This document shows positions 56,501-64,000 of a stretch of 64,000 nt of DNA, piece after piece. The stretch's first letter is position 1. The number at the start of each line of letters is the position of its first letter. The notes beneath the pieces were generated by a model, which saw nothing but the letters and a program-made list of their open reading frames with translations, was not told the origin of the DNA and made no database searches. Location of the stretch: the NCBI GenBank assembly GCA_963770895.1, contig CAVYRF010000002.1:3392001-3456000 (forward strand). The letters run 5' to 3'. Origin of the DNA: an uncultured Acidobacteriota bacterium. Its GTDB lineage: Bacteria > Acidobacteriota > Thermoanaerobaculia > Multivoradales > UBA5704. A program made the translations under genes and the position numbers.

Positions 56501-58653
56501 CTCACGCACAAAAGATCGACTCTGTCCAGCTGTGCGTCGAAGAGCAACTTCTGGAAAGAAGGTCCACTCCCTGCGATATTGGATCGGTCGACCAGGAGTG
56601 GACCACGCCGCAGCCGCTGCTCGATCCAGCGCATGGCATCGGCGCGCACGGTCTCGGGTCCGGTGTTGGCGCCGTGCTGCGCGAAGAAACCATGACGATC
56701 TCCCAGTTTCTGCAACCAGGGCAGCTGCGCGGCGACAAACGACGCATAGTCCCGAAGCCGCGCGCTGCCAGGCGGGCGAGCCGTGAGACGAAGACCCGTT
56801 CTGCGACCGGGTCCGTACGACTCCGGAGGCTCCGGCAGAGCCTCAGCGCTATCCCAGCTCGTGATCTGGGCTGCATAGGCCGCCAGCTCTCGCTCGGCCG
56901 CCTGCTCCTCTTGTGATACACCCGGGCGAGCGCAGTGCCACTCGGCCGCCAGCGAGAAGTCGGCAAGGACGCCGTGGAGCTCGCCCGTCGCAAGCAGCTT
57001 TGCCTGCAGGAAGTCGAAATCCGTGAGCGAGATGTCCAACTCATCGCTCAGGTCCGCTGCGGTGAGATGCCGCGCCAGGTGCTGCCAGAGGTACAAGTGT
57101 TCCAATGGCAATGCCGCCCATCCACCGCTCAGCGGGCGGCAGGCCGCGAGCAGCTCGCGGTGCAGAGCAGGTGGCGCTTCAGCGGCAGCGCCCAGGAGGT
57201 ACTGGCGGATGACCGCATGGACGCTGAACCGACCTGGCTCCGGCTGCCAGCCGCCAAGCAACGACAGGTCATGGAGGCGCCCGCAGAGATCCTCAGCCGC
57301 GGCCAGGCTCAGGCCCCAGAGCGCGGCCGCAGGGGCCAGCGGGATCTCGAGATCGCTCGGAAAGACCGCGAGCTTCACGAAGCGTTCGCGCTCGCCAGGG
57401 GCCAGGGCATCCAGGCTGGCCGCCATCGTCAAGCTCACGGCTTCGCTGCGCGCCTCAGGGTCTCGGCGATCGAAAGCCGTGAGGCCCCCAGCCGCGAGGC
57501 GCTGGTGAACCCTCCTCAGGGCCGCCGTGGGATTCAGCCCGTCTCGCCGGGCGGTGCGCAGCTGGGCATTGACCAGACCGAGGAGCAGCGGCCAGTGGCT
57601 TAGCCGCTGCGCGAGCCGATAGAGCGCAGGCTCGGCAAAACCGGAGAGTCCTCGACCTAAGATGGCTGCCCCTTCCGCACCGCTCATGGCTCCGATCGCC
57701 TCCAAGTCGCAGTCGGCGGGTAACGCGTCCCGATCGCGGGTCGTCGCCAGGATCGCAGCGCCGCCGCCGAGGCCGCGGAACGGCTCGAGATCGGCTCGCC
57801 TCCAAATGTCATCCACCACCAACAGAACCCGTTGACCGCGCAACCTGTCGCGCAGGTCGGCCGCCGTGGCGGCCAGGGTCTCGAAGGGCGCCGGCCGTTC
57901 TCCAGTCCACCAGTGACCGAGATCCCGGATGCGGGCCATGCGGTCAGCGTCGCTTAGGCTGCTACTCATCGTAGTCCATAGGATGCCGTCATCGAAGCGT
58001 GCGCGGACGCGCTCGTCATAGCAGGCGGCGCGAGCGAGCGTGGTCTTACCGAAACCGCCGGCGCCATGGAGGGCGGTTAGCACCTCGCCATCGCCACTCG
58101 TTGGAGCGGTCAACCGAGAAACGAGAGTTTCAAGCTCCCGCCGCGGCACGAAGCCGGCAGGGCGCTGGGCCATGCTCCGCTCAAGCGCAGGGGGCAGAAT
58201 TGCAGGAGGCAGGAGGAAGAACTCGCGGAGCAGATCCGGGTACCGCTTCACCCGCTCGTCTAGCTCTGCGCCCGTCCAGAAATGGCAGCCTCGCTCCGAG
58301 CCCCAGCTGCTCCATGCAGTGCGCCGCGTCTTTGCAGAGACCGGGCTCACGACCACGAACACCACCTCATCCGGCCACTCGCTGGCAGGCAGGGATCGCA
58401 GCTTCGCGATCTCCTGCGTCGCCTCCCTGGGGCCAAACCGAGCGACGCGTTTGCATTGGAAGGCGTAGCGCTGTCCGCCGCGGTAGGCGACGAGGTCGCG
58501 ACCCTGGTCGCTTCCAGCCTCACCCAAGTACTGGACGCTAGTGAAGCCTTCACGCTTCACCAGCCAGAGGCAGAGCCTTTCAAAGGTTTCGGCCGAGAGC
58601 CGATTGAAAGGCAGAAGATGAGAGCTGGCTGTGACTGGCGGCTGCTGCGGCAT
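53509..58653 (-). CDS. STAND/NLR-like protein: Mrr-type restriction endonuclease - NB-ARC - Apaf-1-like helical domain - WD40 repeats - Zn ribbon
   Basis: FERLC...DQGRDLVA...AFQCKR nuclease motif. Walker A GAGGFGKTT, Walker B LLVVDDIW, WPLLL (GxP) and VHAVIR (MHD-like). Many GH...WD repeats. C-terminal CAWC and CQHC. About 1714 aa from ATG 58653. Confidence 0.88.
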   Translation of the reverse strand: MPQQPPVTASSHLLPFNRLSAETFERLCLWLVKREGFTSVQYLGEAGSDQGRDLVAYRGGQRYAFQCKRVARFGPREATQEIAKLRSLPASEWPDEVVFVVVSPVSAKTRRTAWSSWGSERGCHFWTGAELDERVKRYPDLLREFFLLPPAILPPALERSMAQRPAGFVPRRELETLVSRLTAPTSGDGEVLTALHGAGGFGKTTLARAACYDERVRARFDDGILWTTMSSSLSDADRMARIRDLGHWWTGERPAPFETLAATAADLRDRLRGQRVLLVVDDIWRRADLEPFRGLGGGAAILATTRDRDALPADCDLEAIGAMSGAEGAAILGRGLSGFAEPALYRLAQRLSHWPLLLGLVNAQLRTARRDGLNPTAALRRVHQRLAAGGLTAFDRRDPEARSEAVSLTMAASLDALAPGERERFVKLAVFPSDLEIPLAPAAALWGLSLAAAEDLCGRLHDLSLLGGWQPEPGRFSVHAVIRQYLLGAAAEAPPALHRELLAACRPLSGGWAALPLEHLYLWQHLARHLTAADLSDELDISLTDFDFLQAKLLATGELHGVLADFSLAAEWHCARPGVSQEEQAAERELAAYAAQITSWDSAEALPEPPESYGPGRRTGLRLTARPPGSARLRDYASFVAAQLPWLQKLGDRHGFFAQHGANTGPETVRADAMRWIEQRLRRGPLLVDRSNIAGSGPSFQKLLFDAQLDRVDLLCVSLDGKQALMGSREDRTGFVRLWNLERAVCTREMSLGEHIGCLAMNGDARVAIFGAGSELRLLNLETGGQTVLGTTGWVQCVALTPSGDFALSVGDETVTSWDVSRRRTRVVLPAATHRPSGSHACMSADGSRIVCCGTDLVISHWDLERHRPIGFLWPPSTPTCLAVSASGEQLLSGHLCGKVCLWDVGSRSLMRTVDCGSEEIRQVLFTADDRKVVALSSRSLAWFWLSGPLAGDPPRGIRLAETFDHATVDDQGSRVVVARAEPPSIELINLDSAASVWQASLSGPFLTASALSPDGSRVAVHHGDSLVVYDAVGAGRESAHQHYEGLVYALLWTSPTICVLSSNRPAAEESLEYRIDEWSIDRGEVRQLMHFGDSHVTGEVAAGHGELAFVGNHDHVIVADILAGTQRQSDLGDNWVSCISPAPGGTTVFLLVEKHFVRVFDGTSGERVHDLSLALPAHSIAMDPGGRRAVIGGWRGVHVLEVAAGLLETIDYETYSVPSMSGGGNAWIEAIDITADGRRSISVHHDDTVRTWDLVARSSTAEWYVPEAITVGMSADGRIAATGLANGRLAVWDANQIAAGAIPRGHTWYVFDLAVSPDRRWLVSANGDSTIQILDLLDPERLPITRKGHHDKVLSVSISPDSLHAISASQDDQLCIWELATGSLVEVFQKKAGANESRALYTADPAIVVAGDDLSQSAVCVWRRGIKEPVAVLQWNQDGEGCTALAVTPDSRFVAAALEDEWVCIYDLAYGTTKLTLNETSLQLEFSPDGRMLLCQTGLAGVLVDVMTGETIANVPGVSFCFSPDARWIAVGTDAGLIQVFPFPPAGGEAGRQLLGHTARVGSLSASSDGRRLISGSRDATARLWDVREGECLGVHAMSAPVHKVLDLGPSGRFAIGTDTGEVHVVRLRNVDLGVPIVTGVRLWHPRPEESWAREITFVCAWCGERSPLKPLAGRRGRRSRRNLNGGNCQHCGKELAFTPFVIDHRAWPLPAR

Positions 58654-58925
58654 GGCATTGAGAGGCTTCGTCCTGCTGAAGATACAGGAATGTGCTTCAT
58701 CGCGACCAGTGGGTACCGAACGACCGAGGACGGGCGAAAGCCAGCTCGGCTGACACCGCCTTTTATGGCACCGCAAGCAGATCTCCCAGCGCAGCTCGGG
58801 CCACGGACGCGCGCCGTAGTGCACAGGCCCTCGTATACCTGCTCGCTGTGGTCGGTGGCGGTGGCAGCGCTCGCGGCGCGCTCGAGCAGGTGAGCGCTAA
58901 GGCCCAGGCCGCAGAAACACGCCAG

Positions 58926-59531
58926 TTATTGGGAGAGTTGCGCTGCGAAATGCGAGAGCAGATGCTTCTGGCGGGCTGCCACCTTCTCGAAGAAGGCGCG
59001 ACCCGCAATGGTTAGGGAATGCCGCCCCTCATGGACCTCGGAGAAGTCGAGGTCCGCGAGTTGCGCTAGCACCTTTTCCACCTCTCTGGCCATGGCCAGA
59101 AGGACGAACGCCGCCTGGCGCGCCCGATCCATCTGTGGAGAGAAGGTTCTGAGGACGGTTTCCAGAAGATCATCCATAGTCAGCCCGTCGCGAGGAGCCT
59201 TCAACAGGCTCACACCGACGATATCGGCGAGAGGGTTATTTAGCTCGGGGATGGCCAGGGATATCCTGCCCGCCTTCTCCTTGGCAGCCTTGTCATCTGA
59301 AGACATTGCAAGAAGCTGCTGCTGTTCGACCTTGAGTTCCTTTGCCGTGCCCGAGAACTCGACCGCTCCACCAAATGCTCCAACCTTCACCGTCTCGGCG
59401 GATGCCAGCCGATCGCCAACGGCAGTCAGGATCCGCACGATGCTCGCGCGGAATCGGAACACGATCAGGAGCACAATCAGAGGCCAGGCAAGCGCCTTCA
59501 GATACTCGAGGACCAGCTTTGCCAGCTCCAT
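58926..59531 (-). CDS. Hypothetical protein with N-terminal TM helix and winged-helix-like C-terminus
   Basis: [17 protein letters not shown] segment, then a coiled region and a ...[10 protein letters not shown] wHTH-like end. Same strand and upstream of the NLR-like gene. Confidence 0.7.
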   Translation of the reverse strand: MELAKLVLEYLKALAWPLIVLLIVFRFRASIVRILTAVGDRLASAETVKVGAFGGAVEFSGTAKELKVEQQQLLAMSSDDKAAKEKAGRISLAIPELNNPLADIVGVSLLKAPRDGLTMDDLLETVLRTFSPQMDRARQAAFVLLAMAREVEKVLAQLADLDFSEVHEGRHSLTIAGRAFFEKVAARQKHLLSHFAAQLSQ

Positions 59532-59663
59532 GGCTGGTACCCCTACCATGTTTGTCGGCACACCGCGCGGGTTCGCGGTGACGCCGCATGGGGCGCAGAA
59601 CACGAGCGGCCGGGCAGGCTGGACGTTCCCGCGGAAGAGGAGCGACTCGGCCAGCGGGTCAAT

Positions 59664-59854
59664 TCAGGTTGGCTCGCAGTCGGAGCTGACGACGTAGCCG
59701 ATCGCCTTGACGACCTCCCGCCATGCCATCTCGTCGAGCACACCGATCCGGCCGGCACCTGCCCGGCCTCGGGAAAGTCGGCAACCAGGCGCGGAGGGCC
59801 GCCATGCATCTCGTCGAGTGCCCGCTGCTGCCGCTCGGTCAAGCGAATGGACAT
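59664..59854 (-). pseudogene. Possible deleted toxin-antitoxin remnant
   Basis: [14 protein letters not shown]...PPRLV (antitoxin-like start) joins, in another frame, [22 protein letters not shown] (resembles the PemK/MazF terminal strand-helix). Resemblance only. Confidence 0.25.
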
Positions 59855-60221
59855 GGTCCATTATCGCTCGATCCAGGAAGCGCGGCGCATTGCGCCGGGC
59901 GGCCGAGAGAGCGCGCGGCCCGCGTGCCAGGCGATCTTGCAGGTTCCCTGCTCGCCGCCACCTCGGAACGGCAGAGTGGCAGAGTGCGGGCGAATCCCGG
60001 CGGGTCGTGGGCAGGGGGATCGAGTCTCATCGCTCCAAGGAGTCGAGCCATCGCTCGAAGGCCGCCTAGGTCCGCGACTACCCGGGGATCGTCGCGCCAC
60101 GCTCTGGGCGGCCACCGTACTCGGTCTCACTGGCAGCCCTGTTGGAAGCATAGTGCTCAACGATGAGCTCAACGTTTCAAACCAGCCCCGCACGGGCTCC
60201 TTTGCGCGGGTAGACGAGAGG

Positions 60222-61241
60222 ATGCGGCTTCGTGGTGCTACTGTCCTCCGTATGAGCTCACTCCAGCGTCTGGTCGGATCGGCGGTGGTGGCAGGCCTTC
60301 TCGCGCTCCCTCTCGATTCGCCGGCGCAGCCCACGGCGCCCCCTCGTCCCGCCGCTACTGCCACCGCCGGAGCGATTGCGCCGCCGCAACCCGGCACGAT
60401 GGCGGCGGTGCTCGGGGCGTCTCAGCCGAGTGACTGGCGCCCCCTTGACCCCGAGAACACTCTCTACCTTGACGTCGCCGCCGGCCGGGTCGTCATCGAG
60501 CTCGCGGCGGCGTTCGCTCCGCACTACGTCGCCAACGTCAAGGCACTGGTCCGCTCCGGCTACTTCGACGGTCTGGCGGTGGTCCGCTCTCAGGACAACT
60601 ACGTAGTCCAGTGGGCCGATCCCCACGCCGACGAGCCCGCCAAGGCTCGGGCTCTCGGAACTGCGCAACGGAGCTTACGCGCCGAGATGGACCGCCCGAT
60701 CACCGCCGATCTCCCGTTCACCCCTCTCGCCGATGGCGATGTCTACGCGTCGCAGGTCGGGCATTCGCTGGGCTTTCCAGTGGCGCGCGATCCCGGTGCG
60801 GGCAGGACCTGGCTCGCCCACTGCTACGGCATGGTCGGCGCCGGGCGCGGCGACACTCTTGACGCCAGCGGCACCGAGCTCTATGTCGTGATCGGGCACA
60901 GCCCGCGCCATCTCGACCGCAACGTGACCTTGCTCGGGCGAGTCGTCCAGGGCATGGAGCTCCTTTCGCCACTGCCTCGCGGTACCGGCCCCATGGGCTT
61001 CTACGCCGAGGGACAGGAGCTCCCGTCGATCCGGTCGGTGCGCGTCGCCGCAGACCTCCCCGAGGCGCAGCGCCTCCATCTGGAGGCCCTGAGGACCGAT
61101 ACACCCACCTTCCAAGCCCTGATCGAGGCCCGCCGCAACCGCCGCGAGAGCTGGTTCGTCAACAAGGCCGGGAAGATCGACTTGTGCAACGTGCCTTTGC
61201 CGGTGCGGCTGCAGCCAACTGCGTCCGCAGCGAGTCACTAG
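60222..61241 (+). CDS. Cyclophilin-type peptidyl-prolyl cis-trans isomerase, exported
   Basis: [41 protein letters not shown] and [19 protein letters not shown]. Signal peptide. Start at 60222 or 60252. Confidence 0.88.
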   Translation: MRLRGATVLRMSSLQRLVGSAVVAGLLALPLDSPAQPTAPPRPAATATAGAIAPPQPGTMAAVLGASQPSDWRPLDPENTLYLDVAAGRVVIELAAAFAPHYVANVKALVRSGYFDGLAVVRSQDNYVVQWADPHADEPAKARALGTAQRSLRAEMDRPITADLPFTPLADGDVYASQVGHSLGFPVARDPGAGRTWLAHCYGMVGAGRGDTLDASGTELYVVIGHSPRHLDRNVTLLGRVVQGMELLSPLPRGTGPMGFYAEGQELPSIRSVRVAADLPEAQRLHLEALRTDTPTFQALIEARRNRRESWFVNKAGKIDLCNVPLPVRLQPTASAASH

Positions 61242-61376
61242 CACTCTAGAGGGTTCGTGTCGGATCTCACCCAGACCGCGAGCCATCGAGGAACGCTCTT
61301 TTCATCTCGCGAATGAGGCAGCTGCTAACGTTTCTCCGGATAATTTATCGCGGCGGTGGGGCGGTGGAGACTCACA

Positions 61377-61961
61377 ATGAGGAAGATCAGGATCGCGGAA
61401 CACATCTCGCTGGACGGTGTGATCCAGCCCGGCGGACCGAACGAAGACAGCGACTACGCGCATGGCGGGTGGACGGCACCGTATCGAAGTGCGGCCGGGG
61501 CAGAGGCCGTCGCCGAGGCACAGGGCACTGGCTTCGATCTGCTGCTCGGCCGCCGCACCTACGATCTCTGGGCCGGTTTCTGGCCGAAGGTCAAGGACGG
61601 CCCGTTCGCGGACAGTCTGAACGCCGCGACGAAATACGTCGCGACCCACAGGCCGGACAGCCTCGGATGGGGTCCGGTCGGGGACCTGGGCGCGGACGTC
61701 ATGGAGGGTATTCGCCGCGTCAAGTCACAGGACGGCCCTGACCTGATCGTCTGGGGGAGTGCGACGCTGACGTCCGTGCTGATCGAGCAGGGATTGGTCG
61801 ACGAGGTTGTGCTGGTGGTCTATCCGGTCTTGCTGGGCCGGGGCAAACGCTGCTTTTCGGACAGCGCTGACCCGCGCGAGCTCGCTCTCGTCAGCTCGAA
61901 GGCTACGCCTTCAGGCGTGCTCATCAACACGTATCGACACGTTGGATCGGTGCGAACCTAG
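61377..61961 (+). CDS. Dihydrofolate reductase / RibD C-terminal domain family protein
   Basis: MRKI...ISLDGVIQ, LLLGRRTY, VWGSATL and VYPVLLGRGKR. GGAG RBS. Confidence 0.9.
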   Translation: MRKIRIAEHISLDGVIQPGGPNEDSDYAHGGWTAPYRSAAGAEAVAEAQGTGFDLLLGRRTYDLWAGFWPKVKDGPFADSLNAATKYVATHRPDSLGWGPVGDLGADVMEGIRRVKSQDGPDLIVWGSATLTSVLIEQGLVDEVVLVVYPVLLGRGKRCFSDSADPRELALVSSKATPSGVLINTYRHVGSVRT

Positions 61962-61982
61962 GTCTTCGCCGCCGCGAGCGCC

Positions 61983-62324
61983 ATGGCGGCCGCCGCCGCG
62001 CCGCCGCCGCTCGCAGCCGGGACCGTCGCCGCCGCGCCTGCCACCGTTGCGCCCGCTGCAAACCAGGCGTGCGCTCCGGCCGCCGGCATCCTGGACCGCA
62101 TTGCCACCGTGGCGTTCACGGCCGAGTCCGGAGTGCCGGGCCTGCGCTCGCCCGCCGGCATGCAGCAACCCTCCTGGCTCCTGGGCGGCAACTGCATCGG
62201 CCAGTTCACCAGCTGCTGCGATGGGTGCGGCGGCAACACGCTGTGCGACCAGGGTTGCGAGTGCACGTACTGCGTCTGCGCCGGCCTGCTCTGCCCCAGC
62301 TACTGCGGCTCCGGGCAGAATTGA
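61983..62324 (+). CDS. Small Cys-rich peptide precursor (Ala/Pro-rich pro-region, 11-Cys C-terminal domain), possibly 5'-truncated
   Basis: WLLGG|NCIGQFTSCCDGCGGNTLCDQGCECTYCVCAGLLCPSYCGSGQN with strongly GC3-biased codons. No clear RBS. In-frame VFAAASA directly follows the upstream gene's stop. Confidence 0.65.
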   Translation: MAAAAAPPPLAAGTVAAAPATVAPAANQACAPAAGILDRIATVAFTAESGVPGLRSPAGMQQPSWLLGGNCIGQFTSCCDGCGGNTLCDQGCECTYCVCAGLLCPSYCGSGQN

Positions 62325-62448
62325 ACGCCTCGGGGGCTTGACGGAGCCGCGGCTGGTCTTGTTGTGCCGGTCGGGCCGGCCGTGGGTAGCATGAATCTGG
62401 CAGTGAACCCGGCGTGGGTCGGTTTTTCGATCCGGGGGGCTGCCAAGT

Positions 62449-63219
62449 ATGGCCGAAGAGCTTGAGGACCAGGTCCGCGACTACTACCGCTGTATCGCTC
62501 CGTTCCTCGATGGCGAGCTTGCGGACCGCGGGGACGAAGCATTCTGGGAGTGGGCGGCCAGCGAGCCGGCCGGCTGCAGGGTGCTGGAGGTGGGCGCCGG
62601 CACCGGGCGCGCCACCCGTTGCCTGGCGCGCTCGGCGGGCAGGGTTGGCGCTTTCGATCTGTCGCTGGACCTGATCGCGATCGCTCGCCGCCGGCTCGCC
62701 GGCGTGCCCCACGTCACGCTGTTCGTCGGCGACATGCGGCACCTCGCCTCGGCTGCGGCGTTCGACCTGGTGGTGGCGGTGGATGACCCGTTCGCGCACC
62801 TGCTGGCCGATGCCGAGCGCGACGCCGCGCTGGGCGCGATGGCCGCGTGCCTCGCTCCGGGGGGCAGGCTGATCCTGGATGCGGCGTGGCAGCCTTCTGC
62901 CCGGCGCGCCCTTGCCCGTCGTGCGGCAGGCCTGGTGTTCGAACGCTTTCGCGGCGGCGGCAGCGGGCAGCTCAGGGTGCGGGAGGAGCTCCACTGCCAC
63001 GCCGGAAGGCTCTGCGATACCAGGCTTGAATACGCTCGTGACGGTCAGATCCTGGCCACCGCCAGCTACCGCTCGCGCTTCTGGTCGCTCGCCGAGATCC
63101 ACCGGCGATGCCACGCCCGCGGGCTGACCATCACCCACCTCTGGGGCGACTACGACCGCCGCCCCTGGCACCGGACCACCTCGGCGCGCCTGCTGGTGGA
63201 AGCGCGCCGTCCGTCGTAG
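62449..63219 (+). CDS. Class I SAM-dependent methyltransferase
   Basis: RVLEVGAGTGR, FDLS, VGDMR and LAPGGRLILD motifs, ending LWGDYDRRP. Confidence 0.88.
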   Translation: MAEELEDQVRDYYRCIAPFLDGELADRGDEAFWEWAASEPAGCRVLEVGAGTGRATRCLARSAGRVGAFDLSLDLIAIARRRLAGVPHVTLFVGDMRHLASAAAFDLVVAVDDPFAHLLADAERDAALGAMAACLAPGGRLILDAAWQPSARRALARRAAGLVFERFRGGGSGQLRVREELHCHAGRLCDTRLEYARDGQILATASYRSRFWSLAEIHRRCHARGLTITHLWGDYDRRPWHRTTSARLLVEARRPS

Positions 63220-63361
63220 CGCCGGGCCACCGCGCCGGGCCGGGCTCCTGCGGTGGGAGTGGGGCGGGCGAGGATCTTGCTTGTGTCCATGCGGGGAGAC
63301 GGCCAGCCGCTCAGGCCAGAGGGGGCCCAGCGGCGATTGTCGGCCGGGGAGAGGACGCCGC

Positions 63362-64000
63362 ATGGCCTGGATACGCTCTTTCACCTTCGCTGCCGGTTGC
63401 TCCCTCGCTCGGGAATCGGGCGGGCTCGGGAAGCTGCTGCCGGCGGGCCGGGCGGGCCGGATGGTGGTCCTGGCGGCGCTCCTGGGTGTCCTCCCTGCCG
63501 CCGTGCGGGCGCAGAGCTGCGACCGGTCGGGGTGCGGCTTTGCGGCGTGTGCCACCCCGGCGGCGCCGGCACCGGTCAATCTGTGGGGGGCGATCCAGCC
63601 GGCTGACGCCGCGCTGGTGCTGTGCAGTACCAGCGGCCCGGCCTTCTGCCGCGACTCGACGGGGTTCAACGACGCCGTCGATCCCTATCGCGCCTTTCCC
63701 TGGTACATGGGCATCGACGTCCAGAACGGCTACGTGATCACCGGTCTTGCGTACGGGTTGCAGGTCTGGGATGCCCGCACCGCCCCGGCGAATCCGGCGC
63801 CGCTCGGGCAGCTGTCGCTGGCGGACTTCCCGGTGCAGCCCAACAACCCCGAGATCAAGCTGCCGCTGGTGAGCGTGTCGGCTCCCGCCGGCGTCGACAC
63901 CGTGGCTGCCTTGGCCGGTGAGGCCGGCATCGGCCTGGGGGTGATCGATCTTTCCGACAAGGCGCTGCCCCGGCTGGCCTATCAGAGCTACAGCAAGGAG
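63362..64000 (+). CDS. Secreted protein with LVIVD-like beta-propeller repeats (3' truncated; absent from ORF track)
   Basis: Frame is open from ATG 63362 (RBS GGAGAGG) to the window end. Signal VVLAALLGVLPAAVRA|QSC, then YGLQVWDARTAPANP and GLGVIDLSDKALP repeats. Confidence 0.75.
   Translation, partial: MAWIRSFTFAAGCSLARESGGLGKLLPAGRAGRMVVLAALLGVLPAAVRAQSCDRSGCGFAACATPAAPAPVNLWGAIQPADAALVLCSTSGPAFCRDSTGFNDAVDPYRAFPWYMGIDVQNGYVITGLAYGLQVWDARTAPANPAPLGQLSLADFPVQPNNPEIKLPLVSVSAPAGVDTVAALAGEAGIGLGVIDLSDKALPRLAYQSYSKE

Noticed and set aside
53242-60221. Prophage, IS or integrative element around the NLR-like gene
   Set aside because: No integrase, transposase, tRNA or flanking direct repeats recognised. 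Only a compositional shift is visible.

Overview
High-GC bacterial DNA, most likely from an Acidobacteriota genome (inferred from an acidobacterial duplicated orphan permease and Thermoanaerobaculia-style secreted proteins). About 3.7-40.4 kb is a hybrid lipopeptide NRPS-PKS cluster: FAAL-ACP-C-A(Ala)-T-C-A(?)-T-C-A(basic)-T / KS-AT-KR(DH inserted)-ACP-C-A(Gly)-T-C-A(Ser)-T-C. It has no thioesterase and carries a single +1 frameshift inside the KS domain. Tailoring and transport genes are an O-methyltransferase, a His-box desaturase, an acyl-CoA dehydrogenase, a flavin-dependent halogenase, two ABC exporters and an unknown enzyme-like gene, driven by near-consensus sigma70 promoters. Next (40.5-46.8 kb) is a candidate self-contained signalling module. 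It has an FHA-like sigma54 activator with two HTHs and a membrane Ser/Thr kinase with TPRs. Two back-to-back sigma54 promoters flank a perfect 28-bp nested palindrome and point into a DP-EP-like small protein and a secreted thaumatin-like protein. The rest holds katG with a duplicated start that forms a 13-codon leader ORF, a double hybrid histidine kinase, an Apaf-1-like nuclease/NB-ARC/WD40/Zn-ribbon protein (candidate antiphage NLR), two small Cys-containing peptide genes, gene remnants and housekeeping-type genes. No rRNA, tRNA, CRISPR array or transposase was recognised. All domain and substrate calls were made by eye from motifs, with no searches run.
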